Source: a bacterium (lineage in GTDB: Bacteria > DUMJ01). Taken from it: a stretch of DNA of 50,860 bases. The notes beneath the pieces are model-generated. The model ran no database searches and had not been told where the DNA came from. It saw only the letters and a list, made by a program, of their open reading frames with translations. Shown one piece after another: positions 10,749-21,350 of the stretch (its first letter is position 1; each line of letters opens with the position of its first letter). The DNA lies in NCBI GenBank assembly GCA_049970495.1, contig JBMFMV010000006.1:1-50860 (forward strand), given 5' to 3'. Position numbers and translations under genes: made by a program.

Positions 10749-12055
10749 AAGTAGGTGATAAGATAACGCTAGAGATAGAGAAGATAATTTGGGAAGGTAA
10801 GGGCTTAGGACACTACAATGGGCAGGTAGTAATGACAGAATATGTCTTACCTGGAGAAAAGGTAAGGTTACTTATAGAAGAGGTTAAGAAAGACTATGCT
10901 ATTGGTTCTCTTTTAGATATTATAGAACCCTCAAAAGAGAGAATAACTCCAAGATGTAGGCATTACTATCAATGTGGAGGATGCAGCTTCCAACATACGA
11001 GTTATGAGTATCAATTAAAATTGAAGAAGATGGCTTCTTTGGAAGTCATGTCTAGAATTCTAAGTAGAGAAGTTAATGGGGAGGGCCCAGTAAAGTCTTA
11101 TAATCCTTGGTATTATAGGAATAAGGCTCAATTTCCCATAGTTAAAGAGAAAGGAAAAGTCTTGGGAGGCTTTTATAGAAAGGGAACCCATGAGGTAGTT
11201 GATATCTCTGAGTGTCCCCTGCATCCTCAAGTCTTCATCGATATCCTTCAATGGACAAAGGATAAAGTTCTTAGGGAAGATATTGACCTTAGATACCTTT
11301 ATATAAGACAAGGGACTTCTGGAGATATAATGGTAACATTTATAGTTCGAGATAGAACAAGGAATATTAAAGAGATAACCAAAGAGCTATTTAAGACTTT
11401 TCCTGAAGTAGTTAGTTTTTACGAGAATATAAATAGGGCTCAGGGAAATGTCATCCTTGGAGATAAATTCTATCTAATAGAAGGGAAAAAGAAGCTTGAA
11501 CAGAAGATAGGGGATATTGTTTTTATGGTTTCTCCAGGATCTTTCTTTCAAGTAAATGTTCAACAACTCAAGGCTATAATAGATTATATATTAGATATTC
11601 TTTCTCCGTATAAGGGTGGAGTCTTTATAGATGGTTATGCAGGGGTTGGGACCTTTGGTTTGCCTCTTTCTAGAGTGTCTAGATATGGCTATAGTATAGA
11701 GGAGAATCCGATAGCTGTAGAAGATGCTGTAGATAATGTCAACATCAATAAGATTTCTAATGTAAGAATAAGAAAAGGTAAGACAGAGTTTGAGGTGAGG
11801 AAAATCGTAAAGAATGAGACCTTTGATTACCTTATAGTTGATCCTCCAAGGAAGGGGTTAGACAAAGAGTTCTCTACTTTTTTATCTCAGATAGATACTG
11901 CATCGATCATATATGTATCTTGTAATCCCAGTACATTAGCCCGTGATATTAAGATATTAGAGTCTGGTAAATTTATATTAAAAAAGTTAAGAGGTTTTGA
12001 TCTTTTTCCTCAAACTGCCCACATGGAATATGTGGCTGTTTTAGAGAGGAGGTAA
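10745..12055 (+). CDS. rlmD: 23S rRNA m5U methyltransferase (RlmD/RlmCD) with TRAM domain
   Basis: TRAM N-terminus, CRHYYQCGGC Fe-S motif, YRNK, SFFQVN, VDPPRKG, YVSCNPSTLARD, DLFPQT.H.E. Confidence 0.93.
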   Translation: MKVGDKITLEIEKIIWEGKGLGHYNGQVVMTEYVLPGEKVRLLIEEVKKDYAIGSLLDIIEPSKERITPRCRHYYQCGGCSFQHTSYEYQLKLKKMASLEVMSRILSREVNGEGPVKSYNPWYYRNKAQFPIVKEKGKVLGGFYRKGTHEVVDISECPLHPQVFIDILQWTKDKVLREDIDLRYLYIRQGTSGDIMVTFIVRDRTRNIKEITKELFKTFPEVVSFYENINRAQGNVILGDKFYLIEGKKKLEQKIGDIVFMVSPGSFFQVNVQQLKAIIDYILDILSPYKGGVFIDGYAGVGTFGLPLSRVSRYGYSIEENPIAVEDAVDNVNINKISNVRIRKGKTEFEVRKIVKNETFDYLIVDPPRKGLDKEFSTFLSQIDTASIIYVSCNPSTLARDIKILESGKFILKKLRGFDLFPQTAHMEYVAVLERR

Positions 12056-12059
12056 TGAT

Positions 12060-15000
12060 ATGAGTTTCGTTCATCTCCATCTCCACTCTGAGTATAGTTT
12101 GTTAGATGGAGCTTGTAGGATAAATGACCTTGTAGAAGAGATAGAGAAGTTGGAGATGCCTGCCTGTGCTATTACCGATCACGGTAATATGTATGGGGTA
12201 ATAAAATTCTATAAGAAAGCTAAAGCAAAGGGAATAAAACCAATAATTGGTTGTGAGATATATGTATCTCCTGGGAATATGAATGAGAAGAACCCTCAAG
12301 AAGAGAATCATCATCTTGTTCTTCTTGCTATGGATGAGACAGGATACAAGAATCTTACAAAGATAGTCAGTATAGCCTATCTTGAAGGGTTTTATTACAA
12401 ACCTAGGGCGGATAAATCTTTACTTGAAAAATATAATGATGGAATAATAGCACTCTCTTCTTGTATACAGGGAGAGATATCTAAGCTTATACTTAAAGAT
12501 GATATAAAAGGGGCTAAATCTGCTATAGACTGGTATAGAAGCATCTTTAGAGATAGGTTTTATTTGGAGCTTCAAGACCACGGTATGGAAGAAGAGGCAA
12601 AAGTTAATAAGATAATAAAGCAGTTAGCTAAAGAGATGAATATTCCTCTTGTGGTTACAAATGATGTTCACTATCTAAGGAAAGAGGATGCACTTTACCA
12701 TGATATTCTCTTAGGTGTCCAGACGAATAAGAAGATAGACGATCCTGATAAGATGAGATTCCCAACTAATGAATTTTACTTTAAGTCTAGGGAAGAGTTA
12801 GAGCAGATCTTTCATGATGTGCCTGAAGCTCTAGAAAATACATTAGAGATAGCCGATAGATGTAATGTAGAGTTAACCTTTGGTAAGTATCATATACCAG
12901 ATTACCCTGTGCCAGAAGGCGAGACAGTTGCTAGTTACTTTAGAAAACTAGTAGAAGAGGGATTTAGAAGGAGATACGGAGATAACCCTTCTAAAGAGGC
13001 AAGAGAGAGACTTGAAAAAGAAATATCTGTAATAGAGATGATGGGTTTTCCTGGATACTTTCTTATAGTCTGGGACGTTGTTCATTTTGCTAAGACCCAC
13101 AATATTATGGTAGGACCTGGTAGGGGTAGTGCCGCTGGTAGTATGGTATCTTATTGTTTAGGGATTACAGATGTAGAACCTTTAGAGATGGGACTTTTAT
13201 TCGAGAGATTCTTAAATCCAGAGCGAATAAGTATGCCAGATATAGATATAGATTTTGCTGATGAAAAAAGACAAGAAGTTATAAGATATGTTACGGAAAA
13301 ATATGGTTCTGATAGAGTATGTCAGATTATTACATTTGGAACTATGGCAGCTAGAGCAGCAGTTAGGGATGTAGGAAGAGTGCTTAATATACCGTATTCA
13401 GATATTGATAGACTAGCGAAGCTTATCCCATTTGGAAGCTCTATATCAGAAGCCCTAGAGTCTTTACCCGATTTAAGAGAGATTTATGAGCGTGAAGAAT
13501 GGGCTAGAAATGTCCTTGACTTTGCAAAGACTTTAGAAGGGATGCCTAGACATGCGTCAACCCATGCAGCCGGCGTAGTTATATCTAAGTTCCCTCTCAT
13601 GGACTTAGTTCCTCTTCAAAGGGGACCAGAGGGTGATGTAATGACTCAATTTGAGATGGGCGACTTAGAAGAACTAGGACTTCTAAAGATGGACTTCCTT
13701 GGTTTAAGGACACTTACTCTCCTTGAGAATACTATAAAGATTATTAAAGAGATTACTGGAGAAGATATTGTTCTTGACAAAATCCCTATGGATGATGAGA
13801 AAACTTATAAACTACTACAAGAAGGAGAAACAGTTGGACTCTTTCAACTTGAGAGTTCAGGAATGAGAAACTTATTAAGAGATATGAAACCAGAATGTTT
13901 CGAAGATATAAGCTCTGTTCTTGCTCTATACCGACCTGGTCCATTAGGGAGTGGAATGGTTAGCGACTTTGTAAAACGTAAAAGGGGAGAAGAACCTATA
14001 AAATACCCTCATCCTCTTTTAGAGCCTATCTTGAAAGATACATACGGGGTAATAGTTTATCAAGAACAGGTAATGCAGATAGCGAATGTTTTAGCAGGTT
14101 TTACACTAGGAGAAGCAGACCTTCTCAGAAGGGCTATGGGGAAGAAGCTACCAGAGGTTCTAGCACAGCAGAGGGATAGATTTTTAAGTGGCGCATTGGA
14201 AAGAGGCATCCCTGAAGATGTAGCTAATCATGTATTTGACCTAATGGAATATTTTGCCGGTTATGGGTTCAATAAATCCCATACTGTAGCGTATGGATTA
14301 TTAGCCTATCAGTCGGCGTATCTGAAAGCCCATTATCCCTTAGCATACATGACTGCTCTTCTTATGAGTGTGGAGGGGAATACTAACAAAGTAGCCAGAT
14401 ATGTCCAAGAGGCAAGAAGGATGGGCATAAAGGTCCTACCTCCCGACATTAATGAGAGTAATGTCCATTTTACTCCTATGGGGAATAGCATAAGATTTGG
14501 ACTAGCGGCGATAAAGAATGTGGGAGAAGAAGCGGTAAAGTCAATCTTAGAGACCAGGGAGAAAGGCGGTAAGTTTAAGAGCTTAGAAGATTTTCTTAGT
14601 AGAATAGATACAAAGAAGGTTAATAGGAAGGTTATTGAAAGTCTTATAAAAGCAGGAGCGTTTGATTCTTTAGGAAGAAGTAGGGCAGAGTTTTTGGCTA
14701 TATTTGAGCAGTATCAAGAAAGAAAGGCCAAAAGAGGGGGTAAAAAGAAGAATCTCTTTGAGATAGAAGAATTTAAAGCTGAACCCATCCCTACAATAGA
14801 AGAATTCCCAATGGAAAAGATTTTGGCAATGGAGAAGAACCTTATAGGTCTATATATATCTGACAACCCTCTATTACACTACGCAGAAGAGCTAAAAGAT
14901 CGGGTATCTTGTAATATAGAAGATCTGGAAGAATTAGAGGATGGGTCTTTAATTACTATAGGAGGAATAGTCTCTGAGATAAGGTCAGCGGATACTAAAA

Positions 15001-15443
15001 ATGGTAAGATGGGATTTTTGCAGGTTGAAGATCTTTCAGGTAGTGTAGAGATTATTGTTTTCCCAAAGATATTTAAAGAGATAAGAAAAGATATCGAAAA
15101 TTCTACTAATATATTTATAGTAGAAGGTAGAGTTGATAAATCAGAAGAGGAGACAAGAGTTATAGCTGACAAGATATATCTTTTAGGTAAGTCTACCTAC
15201 AGTAGTAAGGTTAGAAGCCTACATATAAATATAAAGGAGGATAGGTGTGACGATTCTGTTCTGTTTAGACTTAAAAGTATCTTGTCAGAATATCCTGGGG
15301 ATCTACCAGTTGTTATTCACCTTATTAATGATATAGAGATCTGTGATGTAGCTCTTGGTAGCGAATTTAAAGTAAAGGAATCAGGAAAACTATTGGGGGA
15401 ATTACAAACTATATTTGGAGCGTCCAATGTCTGGATTGAATAA
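12060..15443 (+). CDS. dnaE: DNA polymerase III alpha subunit
   Basis: HLHLHSEYSLLDG PHP domain, GPGRGSAAGS, PDIDID, YGFNKSH, C-terminal OB fold; no intein seen. Confidence 0.98.
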   Translation: MSFVHLHLHSEYSLLDGACRINDLVEEIEKLEMPACAITDHGNMYGVIKFYKKAKAKGIKPIIGCEIYVSPGNMNEKNPQEENHHLVLLAMDETGYKNLTKIVSIAYLEGFYYKPRADKSLLEKYNDGIIALSSCIQGEISKLILKDDIKGAKSAIDWYRSIFRDRFYLELQDHGMEEEAKVNKIIKQLAKEMNIPLVVTNDVHYLRKEDALYHDILLGVQTNKKIDDPDKMRFPTNEFYFKSREELEQIFHDVPEALENTLEIADRCNVELTFGKYHIPDYPVPEGETVASYFRKLVEEGFRRRYGDNPSKEARERLEKEISVIEMMGFPGYFLIVWDVVHFAKTHNIMVGPGRGSAAGSMVSYCLGITDVEPLEMGLLFERFLNPERISMPDIDIDFADEKRQEVIRYVTEKYGSDRVCQIITFGTMAARAAVRDVGRVLNIPYSDIDRLAKLIPFGSSISEALESLPDLREIYEREEWARNVLDFAKTLEGMPRHASTHAAGVVISKFPLMDLVPLQRGPEGDVMTQFEMGDLEELGLLKMDFLGLRTLTLLENTIKIIKEITGEDIVLDKIPMDDEKTYKLLQEGETVGLFQLESSGMRNLLRDMKPECFEDISSVLALYRPGPLGSGMVSDFVKRKRGEEPIKYPHPLLEPILKDTYGVIVYQEQVMQIANVLAGFTLGEADLLRRAMGKKLPEVLAQQRDRFLSGALERGIPEDVANHVFDLMEYFAGYGFNKSHTVAYGLLAYQSAYLKAHYPLAYMTALLMSVEGNTNKVARYVQEARRMGIKVLPPDINESNVHFTPMGNSIRFGLAAIKNVGEEAVKSILETREKGGKFKSLEDFLSRIDTKKVNRKVIESLIKAGAFDSLGRSRAEFLAIFEQYQERKAKRGGKKKNLFEIEEFKAEPIPTIEEFPMEKILAMEKNLIGLYISDNPLLHYAEELKDRVSCNIEDLEELEDGSLITIGGIVSEIRSADTKNGKMGFLQVEDLSGSVEIIVFPKIFKEIRKDIENSTNIFIVEGRVDKSEEETRVIADKIYLLGKSTYSSKVRSLHINIKEDRCDDSVLFRLKSILSEYPGDLPVVIHLINDIEICDVALGSEFKVKESGKLLGELQTIFGASNVWIE

Positions 15444-16995
15444 ATTTTGGGATACTATAATAGTAGGAAGTGGTATTGCAGGATTATATACCGCTTTGAA
15501 TATAAAAAATAAGAGTAGAACTCTAGTGGTCACTAAAGGAGATATAAAGGAGAGTAACTCTTATAATGCACAGGGGGGAATAGCAGCTGCTATAGGAGAG
15601 GACGATAGTCCTGAGATTCATTTTCAAGATACTATAAAGGCTGGAGATGGTCTGTGTAATCCCGATGCAGTAAAGATACTAGTCTATAATGCCCCTAGCA
15701 TAGTTGAAGATCTTATCAGATTAGGTGTAGAGTTTGACAGAGACGAGACTGGAAAACTAGAACTTGGAAGAGAAGGTGCTCATTCAAAGAGGAGGGTTTT
15801 ACATAGTAGGGGGGATTCTACAGGAAAGGCAATTATGGATGTCATTATAAGACATATTATAGAGGAAGAGATTCCATTCAGAGATCAGATTATGGTCTTA
15901 GAGCTAATAGTAGAAGATGGAATATGTAAAGGCGTTTTGGTCTGGGATAAAAGGACAGAAGAAGTTTATCCTTTATTTTCTAAAGCAGTAGTACTAGCTA
16001 CAGGTGGTATCGGACAGATATATCCGTTTACTACCAATCCAAGTGTAGCTTGCGGGGATGGTTTGGCTATTGCGTATAATGCTGGAGCTGAACTGTGTGA
16101 TATGGAGTTTGTACAGTTCCATCCTACAGTGTTAAAGCACCCTTCTGCCCCTCCATTATTGATTACAGAGTCAATTAGAGGTGAGGGTGGAATACTGAGA
16201 AATATAAATGGAGAGAGATTTGTCCCTAAATACCATGAAATGGGAGAATTAGCCCCAAGGGATGTTGTATCTAGGATAATTACAGAGGAGATGGAGAAAA
16301 CTAATTCAGACCATGTCTATCTCGATATAACTCATCTTCCAAAGGATTTTATCCTCTCTCATTTTCCTACGATATACCACGAGTGTTTGAAATATGGGAT
16401 AGATATCACTAAAGATTATATTCCTGTAGCTCCTGGAGCTCATTATATGATGGGAGGAATACTTACTAATCTTAAAGGTGAAACTAGTATAAAAGGTCTA
16501 TACGCTTGTGGAGAATGTGCTGGAACAGGAATACATGGAGCAAATAGAATGGCAAGTAACTCTTTGCTAGAAGGATTAGTTTTTGGTAAAATTATAGCTC
16601 AAGAGGTTTCTAACTATGTGATTAATAATGGAGAGATAAATGCTGTAGAGAATATAAAGGTTGAGGAAAAGAAGGTATTTAAAGGTGAGATATTAAGAGA
16701 ATTTAGGGTCAGAATGCAACATCTTATGTGGAGATATTGTGGGATTAAAAGAGAGGAGGAAGGTTTGGAGTTCTTATTAGAAGAGTTAGAAAAGATGCAA
16801 TTAGAAGTAGAAGACCTACCTGTTAGCAATTTCCAAGACATTGAGACCAAAAATATGATACTACTTGCAAGATTGATTGCAGAAAGTGCCTTAGAAAGAA
16901 AAGAGAGTAGGGGTGCTCATTTTAGAGTAGATTATCCTTATAGGGATGACATATACTGGCAAAAACATATCATAAAAAAGAAAGGACGGGTATGA
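15427..16995 (+). CDS. nadB: L-aspartate oxidase
   Basis: GSGIAG, AQGGIAA, EGAHSKRR, QFHPT, ELAPRD, HGANRMASNSLLE, ESRGAH. Confidence 0.95.
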   Translation: MSGLNKFWDTIIVGSGIAGLYTALNIKNKSRTLVVTKGDIKESNSYNAQGGIAAAIGEDDSPEIHFQDTIKAGDGLCNPDAVKILVYNAPSIVEDLIRLGVEFDRDETGKLELGREGAHSKRRVLHSRGDSTGKAIMDVIIRHIIEEEIPFRDQIMVLELIVEDGICKGVLVWDKRTEEVYPLFSKAVVLATGGIGQIYPFTTNPSVACGDGLAIAYNAGAELCDMEFVQFHPTVLKHPSAPPLLITESIRGEGGILRNINGERFVPKYHEMGELAPRDVVSRIITEEMEKTNSDHVYLDITHLPKDFILSHFPTIYHECLKYGIDITKDYIPVAPGAHYMMGGILTNLKGETSIKGLYACGECAGTGIHGANRMASNSLLEGLVFGKIIAQEVSNYVINNGEINAVENIKVEEKKVFKGEILREFRVRMQHLMWRYCGIKREEEGLEFLLEELEKMQLEVEDLPVSNFQDIETKNMILLARLIAESALERKESRGAHFRVDYPYRDDIYWQKHIIKKKGRV

Positions 16996-17825
16996 ATAGT
17001 ATATCTAGGATAGTATCATTAGCTTTGGAAGAGGATATAGGGATTGGGGATGTAACTACAGACCTTATTATAGATGAGGGTCTTAAGGGTAAGGCTTATA
17101 TAAAGTGTAAAGAATATGGAATACTTTGTGGCTGTGATGTGGTAAGAGAAGTTTTTCTTACTATAGATAATACTTTAGAACTCAAATTTTTGAAATCAGA
17201 TGGAGATGAAGTAAATCCAGGAGAAAAGATAATTTTTATAGAAGGTAAGGTTAAGAGTATCTTAAAAGGGGAAAGGGTTTCCCTTAATTTTCTCTCCCAT
17301 CTTTCAGGTATAGCTACAGCAACTAATAGATTTGTAAAACTACTCCCTCCATCTGTAAAGATCCTTGATACAAGGAAAACACTCCCAGGGCTAAGACTTT
17401 TAGAAAAATATGCGGTGAGAATAGGGGGTGGAAAAAACCATAGGTTTGGTCTCTATGATGGTATTTTGATTAAGGACAATCATATACTAGCGGTTGGAGG
17501 AGTCAAAAGGGCTTTAGAAATAGCTAAAAAGAACGCTCCTCACTATATGAAGATAGAGATAGAAGCTGCTTCTTTAGAGGATGTAAAAGAGGCGGTAGAA
17601 GGTGGAGCGGATATAATCTTACTTGATAATATGAGTACAGACGAGATAAAGGAGGCAATTAAAATAATAAATGGTAGAGCTCAGATTGAAGTTTCTGGAG
17701 GTATAAATAGTGATAATATTGAACAACTAATAGGCTTGCCTATTGACTTTATATCTATAGGTGCCATTACTCACTCTGCAAAGGCTATAGACTTTTCTCT
17801 AACATTGGAGGGTCATATTGGATAG
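16992..17825 (+). CDS. nadC: Quinolinate phosphoribosyltransferase
   Basis: ED..GD.TT, DTRKT.PG.R, HRFGL.D, KDNH, LLDNM, SGGI. Confidence 0.96.
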   Translation: MNSISRIVSLALEEDIGIGDVTTDLIIDEGLKGKAYIKCKEYGILCGCDVVREVFLTIDNTLELKFLKSDGDEVNPGEKIIFIEGKVKSILKGERVSLNFLSHLSGIATATNRFVKLLPPSVKILDTRKTLPGLRLLEKYAVRIGGGKNHRFGLYDGILIKDNHILAVGGVKRALEIAKKNAPHYMKIEIEAASLEDVKEAVEGGADIILLDNMSTDEIKEAIKIINGRAQIEVSGGINSDNIEQLIGLPIDFISIGAITHSAKAIDFSLTLEGHIG

Positions 17826-18951
17826 AGAGCCAGCTTTAGAATTGCATAAGTTTTTAAAAGGAAAGCTCTTAATAGAACCGAAGGTAGATGTCCTAGACAA
17901 AAAAGATCTGAGTTTAGTATATACTCCGGGTGTAGGTTTTGTATCTCAAGAGATAGCCAAGGACAAGGATAGAGTTTATGACTTTACTTGGAAAGGTAAT
18001 ACAGTTGCAGTAGTTAGCGATGGAAGTGCGGTATTAGGATTAGGTAATGTTGGGCCAGAATCTGCTTTACCGGTAATGGAAGGAAAGGCTTTACTTATAA
18101 AAAAGTTTTCTGGAGTAAATGCTGTACCTATATGTATAAGGTCTAAGTCTTGGGAGGAAACGGTAGATATAGTATGTTCTCTGGCTCCAACATTTGGTCT
18201 TATCCTACTTGAGGATATAAAGGCGCCTGAATGCTTTAGGGTAGAGGAAGCTTTATCTCGTAGATTGGATATACCATTTTTCCACGATGACCAGCATGGA
18301 ACGGCGGTAGCGGTTCTTGCTGGACTGATAAATGCATTGAAACTAGTAGGGAAAGATAAAGAAAAGGTAAAGGTTGTTATATCTGGAGCAGGAGCCGCTG
18401 GTACAGCGGTGACTTACTTATTGCTAGATTATGGATTTCGAAATATAGTAATCTGTGATAGTAAAGGGATTATAAGCGAAGATAGAATTGACTTAAACGA
18501 AGATAAACTCAGACTAGCTCAAAGAACTAATCCGGAGAGACTATCTGGGAAACTAGAGACTGCAATGGAGGGAGCTGATATATTTATAGGGCTCTCCGCT
18601 CCGGGTATTGTTAGCAAAGAGATGGTATCGAGTATGGCATCCGATTCAATAGTCTTTGCTATGGCTAATCCTATTCCAGAGATAAATTACGAAGATGCTG
18701 TATCTGCAGGAGCTAAAGTCGTTGCTACTGGAAGGTCTGACTATCCAAATCAGATAAATAATCTTTTAGTTTTTCCAGGGTTAATAAAAGGACTACTTAA
18801 GTCCAAGAAGAAGCTTGATAGTAAGATAAAGATAAAGACTGCCAATGCTATAGCAGACATAGTAACAGCGGAAGAGTTAAATCAGGGTATTATAATTCCA
18901 AGTCCATTCAATCCATTAGTAGTAGAGAGAGTAGTAGAAGCAGTTATATAA
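17818..18951 (+). CDS. NAD(P)-dependent malic enzyme
   Basis: YTPGV, DGSAVLGLGN, PVMEGK, FHDDQHGTA, GAGAAG, ANPIPE, TGRSDYPNQINN. Confidence 0.95.
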   Translation: MDREPALELHKFLKGKLLIEPKVDVLDKKDLSLVYTPGVGFVSQEIAKDKDRVYDFTWKGNTVAVVSDGSAVLGLGNVGPESALPVMEGKALLIKKFSGVNAVPICIRSKSWEETVDIVCSLAPTFGLILLEDIKAPECFRVEEALSRRLDIPFFHDDQHGTAVAVLAGLINALKLVGKDKEKVKVVISGAGAAGTAVTYLLLDYGFRNIVICDSKGIISEDRIDLNEDKLRLAQRTNPERLSGKLETAMEGADIFIGLSAPGIVSKEMVSSMASDSIVFAMANPIPEINYEDAVSAGAKVVATGRSDYPNQINNLLVFPGLIKGLLKSKKKLDSKIKIKTANAIADIVTAEELNQGIIIPSPFNPLVVERVVEAVI

Positions 18952-19148
18952 GATATCTCAAATCTAAAATTAACTTCCGAGTTCTAATAGTAAGAGTCCC
19001 AACTAGTTATTTCTCCCTTCTATTTTAGGATACAAAGTCTGTATTTGTAATCTTTTCATCGCTATAACATTCTAGTTTTGTCTAATGTGTGATGTAAGAT
19101 TTTATATAAAATTAAATTTTTATTAAAATAATTTTATAAATAATATAC

Positions 19149-19177
19149 TTTACTCTTTAAAAACTTTATGATAATAT
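19149..19177 (+). promoter_or_regulatory. sigma70-type promoter of the GntR gene
   Basis: TTTACT-17 nt-TAATAT with TG extension; GAGGAGG RBS before ATG 19212. Confidence 0.55.
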
Positions 19178-19211
19178 TAAAAATGCTAAAAATTATGAGA
19201 GGAGGGGTAAA

Positions 19212-19877
19212 ATGTCTACGGAATTAACAGATCTTAGGTTAGTTGTCTATGAGAGGCTAAAACAATCTATTCTCAATAGAGACCTGCAGAGTGGAATGAA
19301 ACTTACATTAGAGGATTTGACAAAAAGATTTAACGTAAGTCCAACCCCTATTAAAGAGGCTCTTATTGCTCTTGAAAAAGAGGGGCTAGTAGAAAATATT
19401 CCCAGACGTGGAGCTTTTGTCTCTGTATTGACTTTGAAAGATGTAGAAGAGATTTATTCTCTCAGAGAGACTTTAGAAGGTTTATGCGGTAGGAGAGTCA
19501 CCGAAAAGATTAATGATGATGGGATTGAAGAACTAAGTAGTGTCTTGAGTGATTCTGAAAGATATGCTAAGGCTAATGACTTTCTAAAATATGAAGAGGC
19601 AGATAGGAACTTTCACAAGATATTAAGGGAACTGACAGAGGATAAAAGACTCATATATTTTCTCTCTATGTTAGAGTCGCAGCTTAGATTGGTCCTACCA
19701 ATAGTAAGCACGTTACCTGGAAGACTTGAAAACTCATTACAGGAACATAAGAAGATACTTCAGAGTCTAGAAAAAAGAAATATACAGAATGCAGAATTTT
19801 ACTGCAGAGAGCATATAAGATTAGAAAAAGAGTCTGTATTGGTAGAACTTAAGTTAAGAGGATTAAAAGAGAGCTAG
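19212..19877 (+). CDS. GntR-family regulator with FCD domain
   Basis: Winged HTH (VSPTPIKEAL..LEKEGLV..PRRG) and FCD domain (D..FH, EH..I). Confidence 0.92.
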   Translation: MSTELTDLRLVVYERLKQSILNRDLQSGMKLTLEDLTKRFNVSPTPIKEALIALEKEGLVENIPRRGAFVSVLTLKDVEEIYSLRETLEGLCGRRVTEKINDDGIEELSSVLSDSERYAKANDFLKYEEADRNFHKILRELTEDKRLIYFLSMLESQLRLVLPIVSTLPGRLENSLQEHKKILQSLEKRNIQNAEFYCREHIRLEKESVLVELKLRGLKES

Positions 19878-19896
19878 AAATTTTTAGATACCTTGC

Positions 19897-19925
19897 TTGC
19901 GCTATCATAAAATATATCCTATAAT
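19897..19925 (+). promoter_or_regulatory. sigma70-type promoter of yqeY/ABC genes
   Basis: TTGCGC-17 nt-TATAAT; GGAGG RBS before 19960. Confidence 0.6.
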
Positions 19926-19959
19926 CTTACTGAAAATTTTGTAAAATTGGGAGGATTTT

Positions 19960-20430
19960 ATGCTTCTAGAGAAGATAAACAAAGACTACCTCGAAGCAAA
20001 AAAGAGCCGCAACACTTTAAGAGAGAGTGTATTAAATTTACTGAAATCTAATATCAAATATAAAGAGATAGAAGCCAAAGGTAAGGGCAAAAACTTAGAG
20101 GATAGTGACATTATAGACCTTATAAAGCAAGAAATAAAGAAGAGGAAGGAATCTATAGAACTTTATAGACAGGCTGGAAGACAAGAACTTGTAGAAAAAG
20201 AGTCTGAAGAACTGAAGATACTACAAGAGTATCTTCCAGAACAATTATCAGAGGAAGAGATTAAGGCTATTTTAGAAAAGATTATAGACGAGGTAGGCGC
20301 AATTGGTGTCAAAGATCTTGGCAAGGTAATGAAAGAAGCTATGAAAGAATTAAAAGGGAAGGCTGAAGGTGAAGTTATAAGGAAAATCACTGAAGAGCTA
20401 CTTAAAAAGAAGGAAACTAGTAATGTCTGA
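19960..20430 (+). CDS. GatB/YqeY domain protein
   Basis: KKRKESIELYRQAGRQEL..E..E..IL..YLP.QLS, KDLGKVM. Confidence 0.92.
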   Translation: MLLEKINKDYLEAKKSRNTLRESVLNLLKSNIKYKEIEAKGKGKNLEDSDIIDLIKQEIKKRKESIELYRQAGRQELVEKESEELKILQEYLPEQLSEEEIKAILEKIIDEVGAIGVKDLGKVMKEAMKELKGKAEGEVIRKITEELLKKKETSNV

Positions 20431-21350
20431 TTTTATTCTAGAGGTAGAGCATCTAAAAAAGTATTATGGAAAAGTAAAAGCAGTTGATGGTGTTAGTTTT
20501 AAGGTAAAGCAGGGCTCTATATTTACCCTTCTTGGTCCTAATGGAGCTGGAAAGACTACCACTATAGAGATTATAGAAGGCTTAAGAGTTCCAGATGATG
20601 GAAAGATTATCTTTATGGGAGAAGAAGTAAAGAGGATAGGGAATAAACAGAAGGAGTATATAGGGGTATCTCTCCAGGAGACTAATCTTATCCCTTATCT
20701 TACTGTTAGAGAAACATTAGATATGTTTAAAGTTCTTTTCCCTAGGTCACTCGATATTGATGAGGTCTTAAAGATGATATCTTTGGAGGATAAAGCTAAT
20801 ACCTATATAAAAGACTTATCAGGTGGACAGAAACAACGGCTTGTAATTGGATTAGCTATGATCAATGATCCATTAATACTTTTTTTTGGATGAACCTACT
20901 ACCGGTCTTGACCCTCAAGCCAGAAGAAATACTTGGGATATCCTTCTTGGACTAAAAAGAAATGGTAAAACTATAATACTTACTACCCATTATATGGAAG
21001 AGGCAGAGTTTCTCTCAGATTGGGTTTGTATAATGGACCATGGAAGGATTATTAAAGAGGGGGATCCACAAAGCCTTATTAGAGCCTTAGAAAAGGAAAG
21101 TCTTATAGAGGTAGAACTTGAGGCTAATTCTATAATGTTAGAGAGGCTTAATTCAGCAGGGTTAGACCCTGTATATGATAAAAAACACAATAAACTTCTA
21201 TTAAAGACAAATGATATACTCTCTACTACAGAACTCCTACTAAGGCTTTCCAAGGAAAATTCTCTTCAGATAAAAGATGTAGTAATAAGACAGCCAAATT
21301 TAGAAGATGTCTTTTTATCACTTACAGGTAGGTCTTTAAGAGAAGAGTAA
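20423..21350 (+). pseudogene. ABC transporter ATP-binding subunit, frameshifted in a T8 run
   Basis: GPNGAGKT and LSGGQ lie in ORF 20423-20893; Walker B DEPT and H-loop TTHY lie in ORF 20886-21350. Removing one T from 20880-20887 restores ILFLDEPT. Confidence 0.88.
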
